64,000 nucleotides of DNA from Marsupella aquatica (taxonomy: Eukaryota; Plantae; Marchantiophyta): contig OZ316897.1 of assembly GCA_973895155.1 (NCBI GenBank), positions 522,515 through 586,514 on the forward strand. Reading direction: 5' to 3'. Under the pieces are notes generated by a model. That model made no database searches. It worked only from the letters and a program-made list of their open reading frames with translations, and was not told the origin of the DNA. Of the stretch, positions 23,093-35,299 are shown piece after piece. Within the stretch, counting starts at the first letter, position 1. Each line of letters opens with the position of its first letter. The position numbers were made by a program, and so were the translations under genes.

Positions 23093-26000
23093 TATTAGAC
23101 TCTACCTGGTGACCGGACGACTGGACCAGCCAGTCACCGGACCGGCACCACTACATGTACCAAACACCACAAACTATACATTATTCATTCCATTCTCACA
23201 CGTTATCAGCACGAGGACTCAACCAGCGGAGCGAAGGAGAGAGAAATAAGAAACTACGAAAGATAGAGCAATCGGAAGCGGCAGATGGTGTAGAACCTAA
23301 ATTGAAAGGGATCAACAAAGAAAAACAAAGAATCCATAAGGACACCGATCCGGACTCATTGGATGAGAATTGAGAATCATAAGAAAAATTGATAAGGCAG
23401 AAGAAGTAGAAACTGGAAAACTAAGAAGGATCGAAAGGAACACATCAATCGAGAGAAGAACGACAGCATCGAAAGGGAAGCACACAAAGGCGGCCCGAGA
23501 GCGCCCATTGAATCACGAAGAATTCACACAAAGGAGGCCTGTAGCATCAAACGAGAGATGTGTGCTCACGAATAACTCAGATGAAGCATCGAAGTCTACA
23601 AACAGAAATGAATGCAAAGGAATAGCCTCCCGTGATCGGACCTAGTAGCGCCCCATCCCCATCGCAAAAGGCGCAATTCAGATTACCACAAAGATTGAAG
23701 GAAATGACAGAGAGCCCTGGATGAAGAAACGATAGTCCTCGACCCTGGATGAAGCGAAAGTGTCCGATGCCTTGCTGGCTGAATTTTAGACTGCCAGTGA
23801 CGGGATGGTGGAAATTGCGCAAACAAAGGAGCAAGGTGAGAACAAATTAACTTAGACAACAAGGATCGATGATGCAAAAGGGAAAAAGAGAAGGAAACAT
23901 GGGCGCATGGTAGAGCCAAATGTTTTTGCTGAGGTTACGAGAAGCGAGCGATTCCGAACGTCGCTGATACAGACACGAGCCCTTTCGAAGATCAAAGTAA
24001 GAGGGCCGCTAGCAGCAGGAAATAAAGACAAGCACGGATCATAAGAAGAAGGTCATACATCGGCGCAGAGACGAAGCCTCCTAAAGATGCAGAAAAGCGA
24101 AAGAGCGACCGAGAAGGGGGCACTGCGAAGAACGATTCTTCCAGAAGATCATCGCGAGGGGACTTAGAAAGAAAAATCTTGATTGCCATAGAGAAATTTT
24201 AAGAAGGAGACGATCGAAGACAATGAAGGAAGCAGCCCAAGAGTAGAGGTCGTGAGCGGACACAAGAAAAAAGCGCAACAATGGCTCAAAAACATCGAGA
24301 GAACGCCGAATCGAGCCAAACCCGCTAAGTGCACGCTCCATAACCGCACATAACCGCAAAACCCTCTTTAATTGCAAAATCTGTCAAAGAGATTTCATTT
24401 ACAAAGCAGAAAGTGCACTTAACCATGTCACAAGTAAATTACCACCTATAACTGCACAAACTGCAAAACCTCATTACTGCACAGCTTAACAAAGGAAAAA
24501 GATAATACAAGGGAAACCTTGCAGTTATACATTCACAAAGAAAACCAACTTCATAAGTGCAAACTCTAAATTCTGCAAAAACCTGCTTTACTCACCAATG
24601 ACCTAGATTGCTCTCATCAACCCTTTCTCCACCATTGCATGCGGCAAATGTGCATTGTCTTTTGACTATATATATTATATATAAACACGCACACCACCGC
24701 TGCACGCCAGGACCTTAGAGATGACCAACCTTGAGAAACTCACCTTCCCCGCCCTAGAAATAGATGGCGGCAACTACCTAGAATGGTCCATGAACCTAAA
24801 AGAAAACCTAACCTCGCTAACCCTACTCCCCGCGATAGGGTCACTCAACCCACCCTTGCCGGCGAACCACAACCAGACCCATTAACTAAAGCCAACGAAT
24901 CAAAAGCCCTAGTATTCCTGAGACGCCATATCCATAGATTCCTCCAGAGACAATACATGCACCTATCGACCCCTCGGGAAGTATGGACAGCCCTACAGAC
25001 CCGATTCGACCACCAGAAACTGGTCGAATTACCTAAAGCCAGGCAAGACTGGCTAAACCTGCGAGTCCAGGACTTTACCTCTATTTCAGCCTACAATAGC
25101 GAACTCTTTAGAATAACCTCAACCCTTGCACTATGTGGCGAGCCGGTCACAGACAAGGATCTGCTAGAGAAGACCTTGTCGACATTTCATTCATCGAATG
25201 TGTTGCTATCAACACAGTATAGAAACATGAAGTTTGGGCAATACTCCGAGCTCATAGCCCACCTCCTAGTCACTGAAAGAAACCAAGAACTTCTTTTAGT
25301 AAACTCAAGAAAATGCCCTGCAGGCACACTGCCCTCAGGACAAGGGAATGAAACCCATAACATAGAAAATGCTGAACCCTCCACATCGAGGCAAGGCATT
25401 AAACGCACTAAGAATAGCAACCGGAGAAACACCCACAACAGGAGGAGTTTCTATAACCAACGTCCACAATATAACTCCCAATGAACCTTTCGAGGACGTG
25501 GAGGACGTGGTGGACGAGAAGGACGAGGAGGACGAGGAGGACGAGACGGATGTGGCGGACGTGGAGGACGTGGCGGTGGTAGAACATATAATAACAACCG
25601 TAGAAACGACTGGTCACAATCCCGACAACAACGGGAACGACCGAAATGCCATGAATGTGGCATGACAAACCACCTAGCGAGAAACTATAGAATCCCGCAA
25701 CACCTTAGAGAACTATATAAACGGTCCATCCAGGATGGACAAACCTCAAGGGCACCACCCTATGAAACCCACAGGGCGTTTATGGAGTCTAGTGATCCAT
25801 TCCAAGACTTCTCAGACCTACCCGCCCAACCTGAGGCACACTTAGTGGCAAGTAGCTCCACTACACCAGATTTAAATAGCCCAAGCACATGTATTATTGA
25901 CAGTGCGACCACGCATACTATCCTCCGGGATAGGCACCTTTTCCACATGATTACACCCTCACGTAGGCCCCTGACCACTATCAATGGTCCTAGCCAAATA

Positions 26001-29000
26001 GAAGAGGGCTTCGGCCTAGCTTCTATTACACTCCCACAGGGTACCGAAATACACATAGAATCTGCTATTTTCGCCCCGAACGCGACTCATAATCTCCTCA
26101 GTTTTAGAGATATACGAGCAAATGGACTACATGTCCAAACAGGCGATACCAGAGACCAAGAGGTCATTCACTTGGTTGACAATACCCCTACGGGGAAAAT
26201 CATTAAAGAAACCCTTTTCTCGTATCCTTGCGGGTTTTATGTAACTCATATTGAATGCCTGCATAATAATGCCAACACAAGCGAATTGCACGCGCTCTGG
26301 CATGCACGCCTCGGCCACCCCGGCCAATCAATGCTAACCAAAATCATTAAGAATTCAAGAGGCATTCCAATCAATACACGCCACATTCCAGCGAGCACTC
26401 CATGCACTACATGCTCACGCGGAAAATTAATAACAAGGCCCACGGCATCAAAATTGCCAACTAAAATACCCCAATTCTTGGAAATAATCCATGCAGATAT
26501 TTGCGGGCCAATCAATCCACCAAGCGGACCTTTCCGCTACTTTATGGTATTAATCGACGCATCAACTAAATGGTCAAATGTGACCCTGCTTTCAACGAGG
26601 AACATGGTTATGCCTTGCATTTTGGCACAAATCTTGCGCGTGAAAGCACAATTCCCAGATCACCCCATTAAGACACTCGGGGTGGACAATGCAGGGGAAT
26701 TCACATCCAAAACATTTGACAACTTTTGCACATCACTTGGCATTGACGTACAATATCCTGTACCTCACGTGCATTTTCAGAACGGATTAGCTGAAGCGGT
26801 CATTAAACACCTTCAGTTAATTGCACGCCCATTACTAATGCAGTCAAAACTCCCTGTCTCAGCATGGGGACATGCCATATTACAGGCTAATGCATTAATC
26901 CAATACCGCCCATCGGCTTTTAATATCTATAGCCCATACCAAATTGCTAATGGTATTAAACCTGACCTATCATATCTTCGTTCATTTGGATGTCAAGTAA
27001 TGGTCCCCATTACTCCACCCAAACGAACCAAGATGGGACCCCAACGGCAGTTGGGGATATACATCGGATTCGACTCACCGTCCATAATTCGATATATAGA
27101 GCCTACAACTGGTGATGTTTTTAAATCTAGATTCCTAGATTGCCATTTTGATGAAAATGTTTATCCACCGTTAGTAACCACTAAACACCCACAACCACCT
27201 TTGGAGTGGGAAAGACATTCGCCATTTTGGCAAGACCTTTGAACCAATCAAGGGGAGAAAGAAGTTTAAAGAATTTTACAACTCCACAAGATTGTGGAAG
27301 AACTTCCCGACGCTTTCGTCGATACATCACAAGTTAGCCGCTCACATATTCCAACTGCGAGAGTACCTGCTCGCATTGAATTATCAAATGAGCCAGCAAG
27401 TACATCCCAACCTCGTGCCAAACGTGGCAGACCTTTGGGATCAAAAGATAAACAACCACGAAGGTGTGGTTCATCTATACCACCTTCACCTGATGTCGAT
27501 CATACCGAATCTACATCCCATGAAGAGATCTCTATCCACTACGCACACACAGGTGCGATGTGGGATAGAAATACTACTTCAATAGATGATGCTTTTGCAT
27601 TAATGGTGGCAACACATATCACTGACAATACACCCAAACCAATATCTATCTTAGAATGCCAAAACAGACCAGATTGGCCTGAATGGCAAAAAGCTATAAA
27701 TGGAGATTTAGATTCCCTACTCAGCAGACACACTTTTGGCCCAGTCGAGCCAACATCGCAAGACGTACACCTAATTGGCTACAAGTGGACATTTGTCCGC
27801 AAAAGAAATGATAAAGGCCAAGTTGTACGCTATAAAGCGCGTCTGGTAGGGAAAGGATTTACACAACAACCGGGAATCCATTATGATGAAACCTATTCAC
27901 CGGTTATGGATAGCACAACATTCCGATATCTTATCGAATTTGCCATTTTCCATCAACTACAGATGCGACAACTGGATGTTGCAACTGCATATCTATATGG
28001 CACTTTAGACACTTGTCTATACATGCGATCACCTCCTGAGTTGGAGCAACGACGCCGAGCTTTAGCTCAAGGCGCTAAATCGCATATTCCATATTTATAT
28101 AAGATTATAACACAATTATCTCAAGTTACACCTGATGTGTCATCTACACATGTAACTCATAATAACGACACCGCTGTGTCAACCGTACGGAATACTCACC
28201 GCGGACTAGCTATCTACGTGTTGAAGGCATTATATGGCCTAAAACAAAGTGGCAGAGTATGGTATCAAAGATTTACTGATGAAATGATTGCCATGGATTT
28301 TTCCCATGATGCCATTACACCATGTTTATTTATTAAACATGTGGATGACGAATATGTCATCGTTTCTATTTATGTTGATGACTTAAATATATTTGGGACA
28401 CCCCAACTTACAGAAGATACTATTACCAGTCTTAAATCAACATTTGAGATGAAAGTCTTTGGACATACAAACTTTTGCTTAGGCTTACAACTAGAGATCC
28501 TACCCACTGGCATGATGCTCCATCAGACAACACAAACTGAAAAGATCCTAAAACAGTTCAATATGAACCTAGCACACCCATTGACGTCACCAATGGTTGT
28601 ACGTTCATTAGAAAACAATACTGATGTTTTCGCAAGCGCGAAGAGCATGAACCACTATTAGGACCAGAAACCCCATACCTTTCCATGATAGGAGCATTAA
28701 TGTACCTAGCAAATCAGACTAGACTAGACATTGCATTTGCAGTTAACTTACTAGCCAGACATAGTGCAACTCCCACAGCCAGACACTGGAACGGAGTTAA
28801 GCACGTATTTAGGTATCTGCGTGGCACTACCGATACAGGGTTATTTTACCCATTCGGTGCAAACCACGAGCTCATAGGATATGCCGATGCCGGATATCTC
28901 TCCGACACTGATACCGCAAAATCCCAAACTCGATATGTTTTTACTATAGGGGGTACCGCTTTTTCTTGGAAAAGCGTGAAACAGACCCTAACAGCAACCT

Positions 29001-29829
29001 CATCAAATCACTCAGAAATCTTAGCTCTACATGAGGCTAGTCGTGAAGCCGTTTGGTTACAATCCTTTATAAACCACATCAACACCAAATGCGGCTTACC
29101 ACCACTAACGAAGCCTACTAACATTTTTGAGGATAACGTAGCATGTATACAGCAGATCACAAAAGGATTCATCAAAGGCGATCGCGTGAAGCATATAGCT
29201 CCGAAGTTTTTCTACACCCATGAGTTAAATGGAAAAGAGATCAACATTTTGCAGATTTCAAGTGCAGACAACTGTGCGGATCTCTTCACCAAATCACTAT
29301 CGCCATCAGTTCACCACAGACACTGCCAGGCGATTGGACTACAGAGCGTGCGACGCATGATGACCGTGGAGGCTGCTACTCCACATGATACTTGATGATG
29401 CTGACGACATGATGCTGATGATATGCTACTGACGACCCACTATTTAGACAAATGTTTTAACTAGATTTACTATAGCATCTAACTTTATCCAATATTGACA
29501 TTTATTACGACGAGGAATGTTAGGCTGCACTCTTTTTCCTTTAGCACTCATATTTTTCTCTGCTACACTGGTAGAGTTTTTTACTAAGCTAGAGTTGATA
29601 AAGGTTTTTTAACGAGACAGTCTACCTCGCTTGTACTTATATCATGTATTTTCTATGAACATGATATAATAGGTATAGTCTATGTTGTCTATATAGTTGT
29701 CACTATATATCCAAAGGGGAGTATTAGACTCTACCTGGTGACCGGACGACCGGACCAGCCAGTCACCGGACCGGCACCACTACATGTACCAAACATCACA
29801 AACTATACATTATTCATTCCATTCTCACA
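23093..29829 (+). mobile_element. Full-length Ty1/Copia LTR retrotransposon, Bianca-like lineage
   Basis: 108-bp LTRs 23093-23200 and 29722-29829 (2 mismatches, TA...CA ends), TSD tatgg (23088-92, 29830-34), PBS cgttatcagcacg at 23201, PPT ccaaaggggag 29711-29721, domain order gag-PR-INT-RT-RH. Confidence 0.97.
24721..29395 (+). pseudogene. Copia gag-pol, disrupted (frameshift near 24790, stops at 25482, 27240 and ~27267, frameshift near 28640)
   Basis: MTNLEKLTFPALEIDGGNYLEW gag start, RGG tract, decayed zinc knuckle, IIDSATTH protease, WHARLGHP and HADICGP integrase, YKARLV/LYGLKQSG/YVDDL RT, YADA/SEILAL/EDN/ADLFTK RNase H. Confidence 0.93.
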
Positions 29830-30059
29830 TATGGGAGATTTTACATCATTAGTCTAATTAGTTCACAACTGGGGCTATCTAGAGTACAGGTACCTAAAGT
29901 GAGAACTGTGTTCCATAAATGACCAAAAAATATTTTTAGTGTACAACTAGGGGACTTTCAGAAGTGAGTTGGAGAGTCACCAGCAGCGTTTTCATAGTGG
30001 CCAATATTGGCTAGATTCCACCTCACTGAATAGTATTCACCACTCTTGGCAAAAACTTG

Positions 30060-30700
30060 CTCTAGAGGGGTTTTCTTTTTCTTCCATTAGCCAGTTCTCA
30101 CCTAACCATGAACCTTACCAGCCAAAATCTGACCGGTATCCTTACTTCAAGGTGATCTAATAGTCAGAAATTAATCTAAGAAAGTTACAAAAGGAATGCC
30201 CAATATACTCTCCTTTACAATAAGATGATATTAAAAAGAAAAAATTCATTAAAAATTAAGCAGGTCTCTAGGGTTCTACTGTTCACCTAAAAGCAAATGA
30301 ACTGTTCACCTAAAGCAAATGAGAAAGGAACTGTTCACCTAAAAGAGCCATGTTCCATCAGCCGCCCTCTAGTGTCTTTGAGGACTTGGCAAAAAATTGT
30401 TAGCCTGGGTTTTCTTCTTCTTCCATTAGCCAGTTTTCACCTAACCATGAACCTTACCAGCCAAGTAATCTAAGAGTCAGAAATTAGTCTAAGAAAATTA
30501 GATAAGGAATGCCCAATATCCTCTCCTCTACACAAGGTGACATTAATTAAAAAGAAAAAAATCATAAAAACTTAAGCAGGTCTCTAGGGTTCTACTGTTC
30601 ACCTAGGACCATTCCCTAAGTACCTGTTCACCTAAAGCAAATGAGAAAGTGAACCGTTCACCTAAGAACCATGTTCCATCAGCCCTTATATGGGTCCTCT
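30060..30700. repeat. ~340-bp tandem duplication with multiple ctgttcacctaa motifs
   Basis: ttccattagccagtt.tcacctaaccatgaaccttaccagccaa at ~30082 and ~30421; ttaagcaggtctctagggttctactgttcaccta at ~30256 and ~30572. Confidence 0.75.
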
Positions 30701-31633
30701 AGTGCCCACATCACTTTCGGGCCACCGCCAGAGTTGGCCCAAGGGGCACGAGACTCGAGGGACAGGGGCAAAGCCCTGGGTCCCAAGGGAACAAAGGAGA
30801 CTTCTTTGGCTTTGTGGGCCCCCTTCAGAGCCCTTTCCCAAGCAGCAGCACCTCTGGTGCATGGGCTCCACCACTGGCAAATTGGAACAATGGTCATGCA
30901 TGAGTACTGTCTGTCCATTAATTTTTATTGTTCTCCTCACAAGGCTGAGCCAGGGCTGAGCGGCGTTAACCTCTCATAGTCTTGCTGTTGTGCTTGGTCA
31001 TTGCCCTGTCATCCAATTTGAATTTCTGCTGCCGATGAGGTTTCAATATCTACGGCAATTTGCATCGACTCAATTTTTTTTGCCAAACTTTCCAGTTGTG
31101 CTTCATTTTAATTCAATTTGTTGAAATGATTTTTGAAAATGAGATTTTGCTTGATTCATTGGCGGTCTCGAGAGAGGGCTCCAAGATGAAGCAGGCCAGG
31201 CAAAGAGTTGGAATCAAATGATGTTTCTCATTTCCCAGTATGCACACTGTCATGCTTTTGCCTAGAAGAGTGCATATGGCAATGTAAAAGGAATTACATT
31301 CCAAGAAACAGAACATATACTAACTAATAGCAATGCCTAGTCAAAGATGTTGGGGGCCAAAAGCAAGCTAGAGGGGGTATTATTTGATGTCACAAATGTC
31401 ACATTTCAAATACCATAGAGGATGGTACTTGAAATGTTGAGGGACCAAAAAGGACCATGGAAGGGCTCAGATGTATTTGAATGGACAGCCAAGATTAGAC
31501 AATAATTAGTGTGTAGCCCAAGAAATAAAGGTGATGATTTCCTTGGTGTTGCCCTTCACTACCCATAGCCAACATTGTCACTTTTAAGGTACTAAGCTTA
31601 GTACTTCTTGGAATTCAAATACGTCGTAACTCA

Positions 31634-34543
31634 TGTTGACCCTGGTTTGAACTCTATGCAAGAGCCCAAGTCCACCGTACATGGCGCGTTAGGTCATGAA
31701 TCCTTCAATAAACATCTTTACGTGTCATCTACTTGTGGATGCACTACACGGTCTGTAAGTTTTTCTTAAGTCAGAGTAAGTTTTTCTTGAGAGAAACAAG
31801 CTGCAGGCCTGGACATTGCGTTGCAGAAATGCGGTGATACTCACGGACGCACGCAGGGATGCACGTTAGTACTTGTAAGTTTTTCTGTCGAAACAAGCCC
31901 AGACATTCAGAGAAACAAGCCCCGAACATCGCGCTGCTTAATTTGGTGTTACCTTGTTTTTTCATGTTCGATATTCAGCTTGTCGTGCGCATACACATCG
32001 CTACACAACATACATCACTTATCACATACATCCAGACATAGTCACACTGCCACATCACAAACATAAGAGAATGGAATACAAGTGGAACTCATGTCCACAC
32101 ATGTCCAAAACCCATAATAATCTCAATACAATCGGCACAACGATCCCGGTCCACAATACCCCATCGATCCCGCACCGATCTGATCACACATGTATGTCAA
32201 GCCAACACACCTTGCACTACTCAAGGAATCCACGTTACACAAGCGGAGCTCACAACCACCATAGCCACACTCAAGCTCCTCTCTCTCCAAGGCTTAACAT
32301 TGAAAGATGACCTTTCAATGCCTCACAAATGAGAAGTACCCTCTCACACAAACCTGACGGAACCTTATCGGCTCATATAGCACACATACCAAACATACGG
32401 ATCTAGATAGTATGATACACTCTAACACTACCTAGAATGGTGTGACAACTGTCGTGCGCATACACATCGCTTGTCACATATATCCAAACATAGTCACACT
32501 GCCAAATCACAAACACAAGAGAATGGAATACAAGTGGAACTCATGTCCACACATGTCCAAAACTCACAATCGCCCCCCTAGCTGGGAGTAAGGTCCCCTA
32601 ACTCTAGCTAGCCATGAGTTCTATAAGGTTGATATACACCTTTTTAAGTGTGAAGATCAGGAGGCCGGGTGCAAGTGAGCCCCATCGATCATCTACTTGC
32701 AATCCATATCTGCCAAGAGAACACAAATGATAACTAGTCGGCTTCACCGACACTGAGGACACAACCATGATCCACTAGGAATCACCTACAATGGTGGTGT
32801 CAAACATGACATGTGCCATCCTCTAGAACACTTATCACAAATCAACATAGTAGCTGCTCCTTGAGCAGATCAACACAACATACATTTCAAGCCAGCACGA
32901 ACATGTGCCAAGCTTGGATCTACTGTACCATCAATGTTGGGAAGGTGACATGGTGCACAGTTGCGCACATGATCCTTCCAAACCATACCATCGCGTCCCT
33001 CCAACATCAGGACACCAGAAGGCAACACTTCACGCACACGTAAGATTGTTCGGCCTGCGGTCACATCAAGTGTTGTGGGTGCTGTCTGCTGCAAATAAAT
33101 ATAATCACCAGGATGAAATCGTCAAATGTTTGCATGGTAACCTCCTCCACGAATAGTGGCATACCTCAAAGTATCATGATGTTGGGCAATGGCAAGGTTG
33201 TCAAAAGCCATGGGCATCACTCTCTGAAATACCCGTGCTCTCTCTGAACACACCTTGACCCAAACTTAAATAGGATCATCCAAGTTCACAACTGGTGCAA
33301 CATCACGACGAATAGCTGCTGGCAAATCTGGCTCTCTACCATAGAGCAAAAAGTAAGGTGAGAAGGATGCAAGTAATGTTTGCCAACTGAAATGGTAGCC
33401 CATAGCTAACCAAGGTAGCTGGAGATCCCAATCTCCCAGATGACCAACCTGCAAGCCATACTTATGCAATCCTCTCTTCACAGTTTGCACAACTCTCTCA
33501 GCTAATCCATCTGCCTCAGGATGATCACGAGAGGTAGTACGATGATCAATCAGAGCTTGTTCACACAAACTCTCAAACTCTCCACGGAACTCAGTTCCCT
33601 GATCAGTCAACACCTCAGCTGATGCTCCAAAATGACTGAGTACACGATCCAAAAATGTAGCAGCAACTCCTCCACTGGCTTTATCTAGCAACGCCACTAG
33701 TTCAATTGGAGAAGTGCTCCACCATGACCAAAACATACCGATTATGACGTTGGGTAAGAGGTAATGGACCAGCAAAATCCAAACTCCAACGATATCCCAA
33801 ACCCATGATCGGCAACGGGTGCAACTAGGGAGTGGGAGCATTAAATGATGCTCTCACTCTATCACATACCACACACTTAGCTATCAACTACTGGACATGA
33901 GTGTGCATAGTTACCACGCCACCAATACTGTGTTTGCAGCAAGCTGTAAGTGCACTTCACACCAAAGTGACCCAACTCCTCGTGTACATGTCGCACCAAA
34001 TGTACTCGTTGTGATGGTTTTGGTACCACCAATACCCTACCATCATGCAGTACTCTCAAAAGATGGTTTCCCTCCCATCAAAACCTCTTGGCTCTCTGTA
34101 GAACCCTGTCACGTTCTTTGGCATCAACATTGCCAACAATAGAACCACTACGCAGATATTCGAACACTCTCACATCATTATGAATATCTTGTTGTTAAGA
34201 AGTTACCTCACCAACATCCACATCTGAAGACTCATCATCCACTCCATCCAATGAGATAGAGTCCACAGATCCACTGTATGCTGGCACCCAACAAAGAAAG
34301 GCAGATGCATGCCATCCTAGCACCATCTCCTTATCTGACTCATCATGCCATCTGGCTCTAGTCTCATCCTGCTAACTGGTACATGGGTTGCGGCTCAACC
34401 CATCTGCATCCAAGTTCACCTTTCCAGGTCTATGTACAACCTGGAAATCATATTCCTACAACAACAATGCCCATCTTGCAAGCTTCCCAATGAGCTTGTC
34501 AGACTCCATTGACCACTTGAGAGGATGATGATTAGTGATCAAA
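31634..34543 (-). mobile_element. 3' half of a Ty3/Gypsy element: RNase H C-terminus, integrase, C-terminal PHD finger, PPT and ~935-bp 3' LTR (~31634-32568)
   Basis: LITNHHPLKW...GKLARWALLL...NLDADGLSR, HEELGHFG...YWW, VLTDQGTEF, DGLAERVVQTVK, FSPYFLLYGREP; PPT aggggggcgat then TGTGAG at 32568; probable LTR end ...GGGTCAACA at 31634 (less certain). Confidence 0.9.
32744..32884 (-). other. PHD finger (C4HC3) at the Gypsy integrase C-terminus
   Basis: CMLC*SAQGAATMLICDKCSRGWHMSCLTPPL*VIPSGSWLCPQCR*, continuing the frame of ORF 32870-33094. Confidence 0.9.
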
Positions 34544-35299
34544 CACTACTACATATTGGCCCCTTTTGCGAAGCTTTTTTTTTTACGCCGGGATGGTCTT
34601 GCGATGTCATCGACTTCAGATATTTTGTGATCAAACACGCATCACAATAAACCATGCTCAAAGGTTCGCAACATGGTGTTGCGAAGCTAAATACCTCGCA
34701 ATTTTTTTGAGATTGGATTGAATTCGCAACTCTTTCAGATACTATTCGTCTCGCAAAGTGTTTGTGGATCCGCAACCATCGCGACTGCATTTGGATCTCT
34801 TTTGTTTCATAATTTAGCGATAATAATGTACTCAAATATATCTTGTGAACCTATTAGCTTCGCACAATATTGTGAAGTATAAATAGTCGCAAGTTACCGA
34901 AGCCAGTTGATTCGCAAAGTTGAGAACCCATTGGCATCACAATTACCGATGGTGTGTTATTCACAAAGTGTTTAGAAGTTGCTTCTTGACAAGCTTGAAA
35001 ATGTTTTGCAAAGAGAGTTGTTTGAAAATTTTGTAGAATGGAAATGTTTGAGAGAGTTTCTTTACAAGATGGAGAATGCATGTGTTTAGGTTACAGCTAG
35101 GGTTTTCAAAAAGGTGGCATGCATGAGGATAGCTTTGGAAACGGCTAGGGTTGCCTATATAACAGTGAGATGAAATTTTAAAGTCCAATTAAGTGTTTGT
35201 AAAACAAAAGAAGAAAATTAATATGTTAATATAAATAAAACCATGATAGTTAGTTTAGGGTCAAATTCTGGGCCCACAACAAGTTTTACTACTAGTGCA

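Noticed and set aside
25369-25665. Acidic D/E-rich ORF
   Set aside because: Alternate frame of the Copia gag RGG tract
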